From the NCBI GenBank assembly GCA_965216565.1, contig OZ244170.1:416001-480000 (forward strand): DNA of 64,000 nucleotides, given 5' to 3'. This stretch comes from Bythopirellula sp. Lineage in GTDB: Bacteria; Planctomycetota; Planctomycetia; Pirellulales; Lacipirellulaceae. Shown here piece after piece: positions 38,359-48,208 of the stretch (position 1 is the first letter of the stretch; every line of letters begins with the position of its first letter). The notes under the pieces are model-generated. The model was not told where the DNA came from. It saw only the letters and a program-made list of their open reading frames with translations, and ran no database searches. A program made the position numbers and the translations under genes.

Positions 38359-38533
38359 GAATGATTTGTGAGTGTTGTCAAAGTAACGACCGTAAGTGCA
38401 TATAGTAAAGTCGTAACCTAAAAAGCCATATTAAGAAGATGAGGTCGTCATTTCGATGTTGCCGTGAGTAAGTATCCATCACTTAACATACGTGGTGTAG
38501 ATGTTGATATATATCCTTTCTGCTATGAGTCTC

Positions 38534-39379
38534 TCATCGCAATACTGTCCATTTTCTGTAGAACAGTGATTTGTACCGTCCTACACAGATACTCACGCCG
38601 GCAAGGATTGCACTCATTAGTCGTGGCCAAGGCGACGGCCTTAGGATATCTATGAAAAGGCAATAACGTTTACCTTCCGACTCGTTGCACGATCTGTGTA
38701 GAAGAGTATCGTCCAAGATAAACAAGGGGTTGTCACGCCAATGATTTACGCAATCTCCTACCTCGATAAATGCCTTACCCTCTGAGGTCGGACCGAAATT
38801 ATACAGCACTCTGAGTGTTATTCGAAGCGAGCCAAAATGTTCTGAGGTCGACTGGTGTTTATTGAAGGCGGATACTCCGATAGTGCGGATATATTTGTGG
38901 GACTGATGGAATTCCGGTACATGGTCAAAGTTCGTATTGTTTGCCCCGTACCATTTGAAGAACTGCATGAGCCGCCCCGTCCCTTCCATAGCGACATTCA
39001 ATGTTTTGGGGAAATCGGTTTGGTCTACTACTCGAAGTATATCTGTAATCTCTTGCTGATGGCCATCTGGCAAATCTGCGAGTGTGTATATGCCTTTGTT
39101 CTTGTATGGCAGTGATAAAGCATCCATTGTCACATTGAAGGGTGATAACAGCCATGTCGTCACGCCATTTCCGGTGAAGTAACGCCAGAATAATTTGGCA
39201 TTGCGCTTCTTATTACGTAAGACGTCGATGGTGCCACACACGACAAAAAGTAGTGTTAAGCGAGGGATGAAGTAGACCACCACGCCAAGGAAGACGACCC
39301 GTTTCGTCGTTTTTAGGAATATCCTTGGCATCGTGGTGCGTCCCGTGCGAGATGTTTGTGGTGTAGAGTTATTTGCCAT
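38534..39379 (-). CDS. Aspartyl/asparaginyl beta-hydroxylase family (LpxO-like) protein
   Basis: TM N-terminus; EHFG..LR, DDTLLHRSCN..RYCLFIDILRP. Confidence 0.8.
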   Translation of the reverse strand: MANNSTPQTSRTGRTTMPRIFLKTTKRVVFLGVVVYFIPRLTLLFVVCGTIDVLRNKKRNAKLFWRYFTGNGVTTWLLSPFNVTMDALSLPYKNKGIYTLADLPDGHQQEITDILRVVDQTDFPKTLNVAMEGTGRLMQFFKWYGANNTNFDHVPEFHQSHKYIRTIGVSAFNKHQSTSEHFGSLRITLRVLYNFGPTSEGKAFIEVGDCVNHWRDNPLFILDDTLLHRSCNESEGKRYCLFIDILRPSPWPRLMSAILAGVSICVGRYKSLFYRKWTVLR

Positions 39380-39404
39380 ATGGCACTTGTTTCTCTTAAC
39401 ACTT

Positions 39405-40493
39405 CTATAGCACAACTCCGCCATCCCATACCAATGGGTCCGGTATTCCTTCGTCATCAATGAGCTGACGAATATCGATCTCGATGCTTCGGCTTAGGTC
39501 TGTAATCGGGACGTCGTTAGGGCCACCCTCAAACGGATTCTCTGAATGCTCGCCGACGATTTCCAACGCATAAAACACCCAAGAAACGATGGCGCTGAAA
39601 GGAATCGAAAACCAGACGAAATGTTTGCCAATAAAGACCCATAAAGCGTGAAGCCCAGCTCTCGCAGATTCATGCGCAGGATGATCTGAAATAATGTGAT
39701 CACCAATCTTCTCAAATTCCTCCATCACGCCATACGGTACCAGAAAGATAAACAACCATACGAACATGTAGTTCAACGTTGCAAACTGACGCGGATAAGG
39801 AAAGTTCTTGATGCGTTCCGATTTGCCCTGCAATGCATACAATTCCGATAGCGTTTTTTCGATCGCAACGTGCTCATAGGCTCCGACAAGATCGCGTTGT
39901 CGAAGCTCCTTGATCCGAGCGGACTGTATGCCCAACAGCTGAGATGCTTGATTCTCTTTCTCAAACACATCCACTAATTCGGTCTTCGTAATATATCGTG
40001 CAATCGCCTCCCGACATGGGACATCTGATTCCATTACATTGACGACAACACCGCGAAACCGTTTGTTTTCGGGAGATGCACGTTTGTTTTCCCACTGACG
40101 CACTGTCCTCAGCTGATACCTTAGTGCAGTCAACCAGGCGACATGTCGATGCACCATTTCACGGTGAATCGACTTGAGTTGGTCCGCGGGCAATTGGTCA
40201 TCTTGAACGAAGTCCCTCACCATTATCGTGAAAGATCGCGATGCATTAACGATTCCGCCCCAAATCTTCCGAGCCTCCCACAAGCGATCGTAAGAAGCAT
40301 TGTTCTTGAAGCCGACAATGAAAGCAACAGCCGTACCAACCACGCTGAGCGGAAGCCACGGCACGTGCAACCACGTCAGTCCAAGGATGTCGTACAGAAA
40401 TACCGGAACAAACGCCAGTAACAGGAAGCCAATAATATGCCCCCGCGTCCAGCGAAGCATCTTCTTGATTGGCACCGTTTTTCTAATGTACAT
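39405..40493 (-). CDS. Bestrophin-family ion channel
   Basis: GFKNNASYDRLWEARKIWG, ERIKNFPYP, ENPFEG..DVP. Confidence 0.92.
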   Translation of the reverse strand: MYIRKTVPIKKMLRWTRGHIIGFLLLAFVPVFLYDILGLTWLHVPWLPLSVVGTAVAFIVGFKNNASYDRLWEARKIWGGIVNASRSFTIMVRDFVQDDQLPADQLKSIHREMVHRHVAWLTALRYQLRTVRQWENKRASPENKRFRGVVVNVMESDVPCREAIARYITKTELVDVFEKENQASQLLGIQSARIKELRQRDLVGAYEHVAIEKTLSELYALQGKSERIKNFPYPRQFATLNYMFVWLFIFLVPYGVMEEFEKIGDHIISDHPAHESARAGLHALWVFIGKHFVWFSIPFSAIVSWVFYALEIVGEHSENPFEGGPNDVPITDLSRSIEIDIRQLIDDEGIPDPLVWDGGVVL

Positions 40494-40586
40494 AAGTGAA
40501 TCCGTGATTGCTTGAATGAACCCAACTCACTAGCCGGATAAAAAGTCGATTAGAGTGACGTGCGCTAGGTGAGATAAAGAGCATGT

Positions 40587-41270
40587 TTAGGCGGCGGAAA
40601 GCCTGTCAAGTTCATACGTAACACCTTCGACAAGCTGTATCCCCCGCTTCGCGAATGCGGCGGTGCTTGCGTCCTGGGTGGCAATTATGATCGTTTGTCC
40701 GTTCCTGTGAAAATCGCTGAGATAATTCATCACCTGCTGGCCCGTTCCCGAATCGAGGTTCCCCGTCGGTTCGTCCGCAAGGATTACCTGCGGGTCGTTT
40801 GCCAATGTGCGGGCCAGAGCGACCCGCTGTTGTTGGCCTGGGCTCAGTTCCGATGGCAGGTGGTCAGCTCGACCTGATAGCCCTACTCGTTCGAGAAGTT
40901 GGAGACCACGTTCTCGTTGCTCTTCCTCTGGCTTGCCAGAGAGCATTAGCGGAATCTGGACGTTCTCACAGGCCGACAGCCATGCCACAAGATTGACTGA
41001 CTGAAAGATGAATCCTATCTTATCGCTTCGCAATTTAGTTCGTTCGTGAATCGACATTCCGTACAACGAGCGGTCCTCAAGAAAGACGTTGCCCGATGAC
41101 GGAGCCAGCAACCCACCCAGGATCGACAGCAATGTCGTCTTGCCACTACCGCTGGGTCCGACTATAGCGATGTAGTCATTGTCGGATACTTCAAGATTGC
41201 AGTTTTCGAGTGCGGTCGCGACGTTGTGGCGACGCTTGTAGGTTTGAGTAATTGATTGAAGTTTGTACAT
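40587..41270 (-). CDS. ABC exporter ATP-binding protein (LolD/MacB-type), atypical motifs
   Basis: [27 protein letters not shown]-loop reads ATQD. Confidence 0.88.
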   Translation of the reverse strand: MYKLQSITQTYKRRHNVATALENCNLEVSDNDYIAIVGPSGSGKTTLLSILGGLLAPSSGNVFLEDRSLYGMSIHERTKLRSDKIGFIFQSVNLVAWLSACENVQIPLMLSGKPEEEQRERGLQLLERVGLSGRADHLPSELSPGQQQRVALARTLANDPQVILADEPTGNLDSGTGQQVMNYLSDFHRNGQTIIIATQDASTAAFAKRGIQLVEGVTYELDRLSAA

Positions 41271-41314
41271 GGGGAGACACTTTCGCTATTGCGTTGTCTA
41301 GGATTTCAGCCGCG

Positions 41315-42562
41315 CTAGTGGCTGTGGCCTGCCTCATTAAGAAGCAGGCAAGGATCAATGACAGCTCCAAATGTAGCGGGCAGGAAGCTGGCGGCGATAG
41401 TAACTGTGATTGCATAGACGATGCCAACGACTAAAAGATGCGGCATTGGCTGAACAGAAACGCCTAGCAGTTGTTGTCCTACGACCGCGGCGACGGCGGT
41501 GCCCACAACGAACCCTCCTAGTCCTCCGGCCAAACCAAGCAGCGTTGCCTTGCCGAGGAACATTCGAGTCACGAAACTGCGGCTGGCACCAAGGACCTTC
41601 AGCGTGGCGATTTCCTTACGACGTTCGGTCACGTTGTAATACATACTGCGGGCGAGACTCATTCCACCGATAACCAGCAGAATCGAGAGAAATACCCTTA
41701 ACACGTCTGCCAGCCGACCGTTGACAGCGGCTAGTGCCTGCACTACTTGAGCGATGGTGATGATGCGATAGTCTGGAAGTTCGACGGAAAGATTTGTCAT
41801 CAAACTCTCAGCAGCGTCTTCGCAGCACGCCATGATCTCGATGGCGTTCACAACCGGCCCAGTACCGGACAGGTCCTGAACACTATGCAGGTGGGCGTAT
41901 AAGCGGCTGTCGTCGATTGTACCGGTAGATGGGAGCACGGAGAGAACAGCAAAGGTTTCGCCGAGTACCGTTAGATCATCACCGACATTGGCTCCCAATT
42001 GGGTAGCCAGATATTGCCCAAGAACCACTTCGCGCTCACCAAGTTCATTGAGGTTCCTACTCATGGCCAAGGATTTCGGATTACTGGTTCCTGCAACGGC
42101 TTCGGCCTTTGCCCCACAACAGCCATGGGCAGAGCCGACGGAGTTGATTGCTCCAAGGTCTAGGCGATCTGACTTCGCATGCAGCTCGGATCGAGGAAGA
42201 ATTCCTGTGACTAGGACGGGCACTGAATCGACATCCGATTCCACGCTGAGCTTTGGGGCAACGCTCTCTACCCCCGGCATTTTCGCCAGAGCTAGTCGCA
42301 AAGCATATTCCTCCGGCATTGTGTAGCTATGCACATCGGCGGCGTAATAGTCCTGCAGGGTGACTGCTGGTGGCAACACCAACACGTTCGCTCGGAGCGA
42401 TTCCATGTCCTCAGTGTTCTTCTTGTCGGAGGATATCGCAATATTTTGACTCGCCACCATGGCCGATACGCCTAGAGTGATCGCCAATAGACTGGTCAGC
42501 ATTGACGATGGCCGCTTCCAAAGTTCTTTCCAAATCATTGATCGTAGTTTCATAGTATCCAT
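41315..42562 (-). CDS. ABC exporter permease (MacB_PCD/FtsX) with CC motifs
   Basis: TM1, periplasmic domain with HGCCG and [17 protein letters not shown]. Confidence 0.88.
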   Translation of the reverse strand: MDTMKLRSMIWKELWKRPSSMLTSLLAITLGVSAMVASQNIAISSDKKNTEDMESLRANVLVLPPAVTLQDYYAADVHSYTMPEEYALRLALAKMPGVESVAPKLSVESDVDSVPVLVTGILPRSELHAKSDRLDLGAINSVGSAHGCCGAKAEAVAGTSNPKSLAMSRNLNELGEREVVLGQYLATQLGANVGDDLTVLGETFAVLSVLPSTGTIDDSRLYAHLHSVQDLSGTGPVVNAIEIMACCEDAAESLMTNLSVELPDYRIITIAQVVQALAAVNGRLADVLRVFLSILLVIGGMSLARSMYYNVTERRKEIATLKVLGASRSFVTRMFLGKATLLGLAGGLGGFVVGTAVAAVVGQQLLGVSVQPMPHLLVVGIVYAITVTIAASFLPATFGAVIDPCLLLNEAGHSH

Positions 42563-42893
42563 CCCTTAGGGGATTGTTGATTTGAGGTTGGAGATTGCTA
42601 AATCGGTGCCGGGAGAGTGCGGACTTTTTTCTCAAACCTCAACTCTTGACTAGGGGCTACTCGCGATTAATCGGCTTGAGGGTGGTTGTCATCAGCCTGA
42701 TGGTGCTTGGAGTTATCGTCTTCGCAGGAATTTCCAGCCGTTTTTTAGTTCTATGCTTTACGAATGCTCATCTGTGGTCATCCATACTTTGAATCGACGG
42801 TAAAACAGGTGGCGTCAGCCCCGAAGCGACCGGGGCACATGTGCCCCGGTTACTCGGACCGTTTGTCCTCCTTCCCTTTCATGTCTATTGCTG

Positions 42894-43013
42894 TTACGGC
42901 CCGCAGCTGGGGCAACCTCCGGAGCCACTATGCTTGCCTGTTGTTCGACAGCCTATCGCTGAAAGACATACCAGGGCTGCTACGAGCAACGAGAGAATAG
43001 GTATCTTTGACAT
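42894..43013 (-). CDS. 39-aa lipoprotein ending GGCPSCGP
   Basis: ATG 43013 with AAGGAGG RBS; AIGC lipobox; hairpin downstream (~42826-42851). Confidence 0.65.
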   Translation of the reverse strand: MSKIPILSLLVAALVCLSAIGCRTTGKHSGSGGCPSCGP

Positions 43014-43109
43014 CTTCTTAATCCTCCTTGAAATGAGTCGCCTGAAATGAGCTGTTTCAGTACGGCTGAAACACTGCAGACGCAATCAACTGCAACCTTG
43101 TCATACGCT

Positions 43110-43760
43110 TTACGCTACTGACCGTTGCTGGCCTCCCTCGGGAATCCGATCCACAGGTTTTCCGGCCTGAGACAACCGACATTGCAAGAGGTCAAGCAAT
43201 CTGTGGAGCACTCCCCCGTAGACAATCACGTCTCTAGAAGTTGCCATACTTAGCCACTGGTCGATGGCACTCGGCGGTTCTGGTGAATAGATCCACACTG
43301 AGCGATTGGCATCGATAAGTCGCAACTTGGCTGAGGTAAGCCAGGCACTTTCGTCGTGTTGATTGTCACTTAGAAGTACTAACTCGGGACTGTGGCGAAG
43401 CATTTTGCCTGCCAACTCAGTCGCACTCTCAGCCCTGAAGACGGCAACACCGAGAAGTTCCAGTAAATGGGCAATGGGAGCGTACGCTTCGTCACGGAAC
43501 TCCACGATCACTACGGAACTAAATCTGTTGACTAACTGGGCCGATTGTTGACGCGGTGCTCTGTGTATTCGACTCGAACGTGTGTAACAAAGGCTTCGAA
43601 TATGTGCTTCGTATCCTCGTAAAGCGCAGGGATTTGCACGCATGACGGACTCCTGTTGAATTAATTGAATAGCGAGGGCCGATACCCGTTCGGGGTAATC
43701 GGTCGCTAAAGGACCGCTTTGGTCACCGCGCAAGACAAAGCAGCGGAGGCGGCACATCAA
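43110..43760 (-). CDS. Hypothetical protein with receiver-like C-terminal domain (start uncertain)
   Basis: LGVAVFRAESATE...PELVLLS...VWIYS pattern; lacks a clear phosphoacceptor. Confidence 0.5.
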   Translation of the reverse strand: MMCRLRCFVLRGDQSGPLATDYPERVSALAIQLIQQESVMRANPCALRGYEAHIRSLCYTRSSRIHRAPRQQSAQLVNRFSSVVIVEFRDEAYAPIAHLLELLGVAVFRAESATELAGKMLRHSPELVLLSDNQHDESAWLTSAKLRLIDANRSVWIYSPEPPSAIDQWLSMATSRDVIVYGGVLHRLLDLLQCRLSQAGKPVDRIPEGGQQRSVA

Positions 43761-43824
43761 AGGCGAGAAGGCTTGCGAACTTGAGCGCTTTCGGGCAACT
43801 CAGTCGAAACCAAGCAGCAGCCGC

Positions 43825-44277
43825 TCAGAGCAAGAAACGGCAGAAGAGGATACAGGGTTGCTGCACGCTGCTGGAGTTGTTTTGCGTGTCAGTGAATGTG
43901 AACTGACGTAACAATTCGAGATGGTTCGATGCGGTACTTGAGACGGAACAGACATCGACATGCAATAGTTCTGAGAGGGAACGTGTCTGCTGCTGCGAGA
44001 ACGGTAATCCGCTCAGCGGTAGCTTATGACATTTGCAGGTGCAGGGCTGCCCTTGTGAGTCTGTGCAATTACAAGAGCAGCAAATAGAATCGGCATATTT
44101 TGATGTTTTGGAGTGGGATTCACATTGGCAATGTGATGTGTCGCTAGATTGACAGGGACAATCTAGCGTACAGATACAGATTGAAGCGAACACGACATGG
44201 CAAGGCATGCAAAGTGCGAGGCATACAGCCACGATAGTACGGATTGAGGCACGCTTTTTAAACATGTTATCGTTCAC
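43825..44277 (-). CDS. Cys-rich secreted small protein heading the ABC/bestrophin cluster
   Basis: Signal-like N-terminus, CxC clusters, C-terminus QPCILFCRFLL. Confidence 0.7.
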   Translation of the reverse strand: MNDNMFKKRASIRTIVAVCLALCMPCHVVFASICICTLDCPCQSSDTSHCQCESHSKTSKYADSICCSCNCTDSQGQPCTCKCHKLPLSGLPFSQQQTRSLSELLHVDVCSVSSTASNHLELLRQFTFTDTQNNSSSVQQPCILFCRFLL

Positions 44278-44414
44278 AAATAATAAACCAGCTTCTACCT
44301 ATTAGCTCTTTTCGTTTATCGACAATTGCCGATCTATTCGTAACGTGTATTTACTAAATATCAACGGTTTCCGCTATTTCGTGATAGCATCACTTGCTTA
44401 GTTGCAACTCATCT

Positions 44415-44645
44415 TCAGCCGTACAGCAAAATCATAACTGCTGCGGCTACGGCAATTACAGTGCCTAAGATTACTTGGAACGTATTGGTCGGGTTTGGGT
44501 ACCTTACAAAGTCGATAATTTGCGGAAGGCATTGGAGTTCAACCAACAACGCAGCCACTGGTGCCAAACAGAAGCGCCAACGCTTCGGTAATCTTTTTTT
44601 ATCTGGTCGATCAAGTCTCTTTTTGTACTTCGTTCTTTTGCTCAT
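44415..44645 (-). CDS. Small two-TM membrane protein
   Basis: Basic N-terminus and two hydrophobic helices; GAGG RBS. Confidence 0.5.
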   Translation of the reverse strand: MSKRTKYKKRLDRPDKKRLPKRWRFCLAPVAALLVELQCLPQIIDFVRYPNPTNTFQVILGTVIAVAAAVMILLYG

Positions 44646-44856
44646 CGATTCCTCTCACCCCACTCGCGGAATGGCATCATCTGCAACATCGAAAACTCTG
44701 TCGGTGGTTGGTTCCAGTAGCCCAAAAATCCCGCCGGGGAAGCGAGTGCGGCCGCGGGGCACTGTGCGCACCACAGGCTCGCCTCCCCGACGCGGAGCGA
44801 TGGAATGAGTTGAATCCAGATTATTTTCTCACTGCAAGTGTATGCTTCACGAACAC

Positions 44857-46308
44857 CTACCTGTTGAGTACAACAAGATGCCTTCCTTTGTTTGATTGAA
44901 GTAGCACAAGGAGTGCCTTGTTCTTGGGACAATGGCTGATTGCATCCTTGTAGTCATCAAGGCTACTAATCGCATGGCTATTTACGCGTAACACGACCAT
45001 GCCAGCAGCCACGCCTTCCTTGTAGGCTGGGCTTCCGCTAGCCACGTCTGTGATAAGAACTCCACGCAGTCTCTTAGGGAAGTGAAGCTGCTTAGCCATT
45101 TCAACTGTTAGCGCATCAAGACCGAGACCGAGCATATCATCGACGTACTCAGAAACGTAACTAGCGTGTTCCGCGTAATCGAGCGATTGAGTTTCTTCCC
45201 TGCTTGGTCGCCTTCCCATCTCCACGTCAACAGTGACAGACGTTCCATTACGAAAATATGTGGTAGGGTAGCTCTTACCAGGGACAGGGTCGTCGAAGAG
45301 CTTTGAGGGCGGGAACGTGTCATCAATTGGTTGGCCGTCAAAATGAGTGATTACATCCCCGCGTCTAATTCCACCACTTGCCGCCGGGGACTTCTCTTCG
45401 ACGTCTTTGACATAGAGTCCCCCTTCTACAGGCAATTCCAGCAGTTGGGCAATCTGGAGAGTTAACTTTTGGGTTTCGCAACCCAAATATCCTCGCTGAG
45501 ATACCTTCGGATCGATCAGCTCGTCGACAACTTGTCGGGCAGTATTGATAGGAATGGCTAGACCAATTCCTTGAAATTCTCTTGCTGCACTAAAGCCCCC
45601 AGTGATCATTCCCACAACCTCTCCTCGAAGGTTGAGCAAGGCACCTCCTGAGCTGCCAGGATTCGTTGCCGCATCGTTTTGAACAAACGGATGAGGTATT
45701 CCAGGTATCCAACGCTCAGTAGCACTAACGATGCCCGCGCTGACTGAGTCTTTTAAGTCATACGGGTTTGCTAGTGATACGACCCAGTCGCCCACTTGCA
45801 GGCCATCAGAGTTGCCCATCGTCACTTCATCGAGGTCACTGGCACCTTCGATGCGAAGAACAGCTACGTCTGCAACAGGGTCTCCACGAATGTCAACTAC
45901 TTCGTATTTGCTGCCATCAGGTAATACGACAAACACCACCTCAGCGGACGCAACAACGTGATTACAAGTGAGAACCAGCCCCTCGCTATCGATAAGAATT
46001 CCTGAGCCTTGTTCGTCACGCAATTCTTCTGATGGAATCATTGCTCGATGGCCTCTCTGAGGTGCAATGCGTCTCCGCCACATCTCCGTCATTCGAGGGC
46101 CCCTCAAGGTATAGATTGTCACTAGCCCCTTAGATGCACTGTCAGCAGCAGTGCGAAACGCAGCCGATAATTCTGTTGGTGGGTGGGAGTTTTTAGTTTC
46201 TTCCTGCCGAATTTCTCCCTCAGCAGCTAAGGGTTGCTCGGCCAGAAGGCAAGCTGCAAATAAAACAGCTCCCACGAAAGGCGTCCACTGCAGAATTGTT
46301 TTATGCAC
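44857..46308 (-). CDS. HtrA/DegP serine protease with two PDZ domains
   Basis: GSG, TCNHVV, DVAVLRI, NPGSSGG, two PDZ domains. Confidence 0.93.
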   Translation of the reverse strand: MHKTILQWTPFVGAVLFAACLLAEQPLAAEGEIRQEETKNSHPPTELSAAFRTAADSASKGLVTIYTLRGPRMTEMWRRRIAPQRGHRAMIPSEELRDEQGSGILIDSEGLVLTCNHVVASAEVVFVVLPDGSKYEVVDIRGDPVADVAVLRIEGASDLDEVTMGNSDGLQVGDWVVSLANPYDLKDSVSAGIVSATERWIPGIPHPFVQNDAATNPGSSGGALLNLRGEVVGMITGGFSAAREFQGIGLAIPINTARQVVDELIDPKVSQRGYLGCETQKLTLQIAQLLELPVEGGLYVKDVEEKSPAASGGIRRGDVITHFDGQPIDDTFPPSKLFDDPVPGKSYPTTYFRNGTSVTVDVEMGRRPSREETQSLDYAEHASYVSEYVDDMLGLGLDALTVEMAKQLHFPKRLRGVLITDVASGSPAYKEGVAAGMVVLRVNSHAISSLDDYKDAISHCPKNKALLVLLQSNKGRHLVVLNR

Positions 46309-46444
46309 AGCTGTATTCCTTCCGTAAGCGTGCTTGCTCTATCGATGGCAACACCGAAGCCGGGCTGAAAACGTAGAGTCGGGAGCAGCACGTCCGTGGC
46401 TTGCCAAAAACGGCACTATAGGACTCGCTTGGATTCATCAATAC

Positions 46445-46690
46445 TCAATTCCTTGCAGTGACTACAACTTGTAATTTGCCACTTTTGAAGAGGACGTTTT
46501 GTTGGCTGAGAAGTCGCTTTATCTCAGCTAGTTCGCGAACTATATCCGATCTCTGAGCGGCCGGATTAACCTGCGGTGCAGGTTTGCGACGCAGCTCCGC
46601 CTGACTGTTTGATGCGAACGAAAAAGTAAACCATGCAATTGCATTGCAGAGTATCAACAACGCCCATCGCGAAGTCAGAAAACTTTTCAT
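46445..46690 (-). CDS. Small secreted protein
   Basis: Signal peptide, short coiled coil; AAGGAG RBS. Confidence 0.65.
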   Translation of the reverse strand: MKSFLTSRWALLILCNAIAWFTFSFASNSQAELRRKPAPQVNPAAQRSDIVRELAEIKRLLSQQNVLFKSGKLQVVVTARN

Positions 46691-46864
46691 TGTTCTCTCC
46701 TTAGACTGATTTCTCTTTGCTAGTCAGCGCATCCATCTCTCGCCTTCAGGGAACGCGAGCGTAGCTACTAATGGGAGTGTTAGAGCCACAGCTCGCGTTC
46801 CCCAAGCGGAACTACCAACGAAAGTCCGCTCTCACGTTCCCTTCCCGAGAGACGGTTCTATCGC

Positions 46865-47407
46865 TTAGTGGCCATGTCCTTCGTGTCCATGCCCTTCGTG
46901 GTCATGGTCGTGATGAATCTCTCCCCGGTATTGCTTACCGCCTATCGAAACCACTAACTGTGCTTCCACACCTTCGTGGTCAAGTTCTTCAGCTAGCTCT
47001 GCATCAGAGGAATTAAATCTCGACGCTTTGCCGGAAGGATCGCTCACTTGTGGATGCGCAGCCAAGCTGAATTGCTCGGCTTGCCCATCATGGGTCAAAT
47101 TGACCAGTAGTGTGGCAGCCTCAATTGGCACTGCATTTTTTGCGGAGGAGTCGAGCAGATAGAACGTGACAGTGCCGGCATCCTCGTCATGCACAAGTTC
47201 CGCGTGGTATTCCTCATTGCCTAGTTCAATGAGGCTTCCATGGTGAGGTCCTTCCGTTGGATGGTTATGAACATCGACTGTAGCCGGTGGAGGGGCACTA
47301 ACGGGTTTGCTCTCTTGCTCTCCTTGACTACAGCCTGAAACCAGCAGTAGACCGAGGCTAAGCCCCATTGCAATTTGCTTTCGAATCTCTATAAGTGACA
47401 ACTTCAT
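46865..47407 (-). CDS. His-rich lipoprotein
   Basis: VSGC lipobox; GPHHGSLIELG..YHAELVH; HHDHDHEGHGHEGHGH tail. Confidence 0.85.
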   Translation of the reverse strand: MKLSLIEIRKQIAMGLSLGLLLVSGCSQGEQESKPVSAPPPATVDVHNHPTEGPHHGSLIELGNEEYHAELVHDEDAGTVTFYLLDSSAKNAVPIEAATLLVNLTHDGQAEQFSLAAHPQVSDPSGKASRFNSSDAELAEELDHEGVEAQLVVSIGGKQYRGEIHHDHDHEGHGHEGHGH

Positions 47408-47454
47408 GGCATACTCCCTAGTGACATGGTGATAACGCCTTGTGGCGTTCGGTT

Positions 47455-48141
47455 CTAATGGTCGTGATCTGGGTCCTCATGACGAACATCGAAGCCTGCT
47501 GAGGCGAGCCATTTCTCCCACTTCTCGGCAGTCTTGTGGTCGACAAATTCGACTGCAGTCCATTTTGGACAGCGAAACTGTATATCTGTGTGTCCTTCAT
47601 GCGTCACGGGCTTTACTTCACAGCGTAGTGCTTGAGCGATGGTGATGAACTGAGATGCTGCAACTTTATCAGTAAAATGTTGAGTGGCCCAAGTTGGAGT
47701 TTTGTAGAGCACAACCTCGCCATGCTCTTCATCGTGGTCGTGACCATCCTTCTCACCTTCGTGGCCATGCTTCTCGTCGTGGGCGTGTTCTTCATGATCA
47801 GGGCTATGTCCGTGGAGCGTCTCAAAGCCGGCCGCCTTCAACCAATCCTCCCACTGGTGAGCCAGTTCATCAGATTCAATGCGAAGTGGCTTCCAATTTG
47901 CTGACCGATAAATGACGTCCACGTGAGTCTCATGACTATCGACTCGAACCTCTGCACCGAGTTGCTTCACGGCAGCGGCATGTTGCTGGGCTTTTGCGGC
48001 GTCTTCGAAGTGCCTCGTGTGCCATTCCTTTAGCCGATGCGCAAGGACAAAATCCTCCTTGTCGTGATTCGGTAGTTGTGCAATCACTATGTTCTCCATC
48101 AAGGCGAACACCACCGTCATTAACAATGTGTAATACTTCAT
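47455..48141 (-). CDS. Secreted His-rich protein with internal duplication
   Basis: ATG 48141 with GGAGG RBS; two repeats ending WEDWLKAAGFE / WEKWLASAGFD around a His linker. Confidence 0.8.
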   Translation of the reverse strand: MKYYTLLMTVVFALMENIVIAQLPNHDKEDFVLAHRLKEWHTRHFEDAAKAQQHAAAVKQLGAEVRVDSHETHVDVIYRSANWKPLRIESDELAHQWEDWLKAAGFETLHGHSPDHEEHAHDEKHGHEGEKDGHDHDEEHGEVVLYKTPTWATQHFTDKVAASQFITIAQALRCEVKPVTHEGHTDIQFRCPKWTAVEFVDHKTAEKWEKWLASAGFDVRHEDPDHDH

Positions 48142-48208
48142 TTCTCTTTCCTCCTTGGTAAAACATCCAATTCCGTAAAACGACTTGCCTGAATCAGACA
48201 TGCATGTG

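Noticed and set aside
46749..46803. GGGAACGCGAGC..GCTCGCGTTCCC long hairpin as ncRNA or riboswitch
   Set aside because: Single intergenic palindrome with one partial echo; more simply a REP-like element or terminator.
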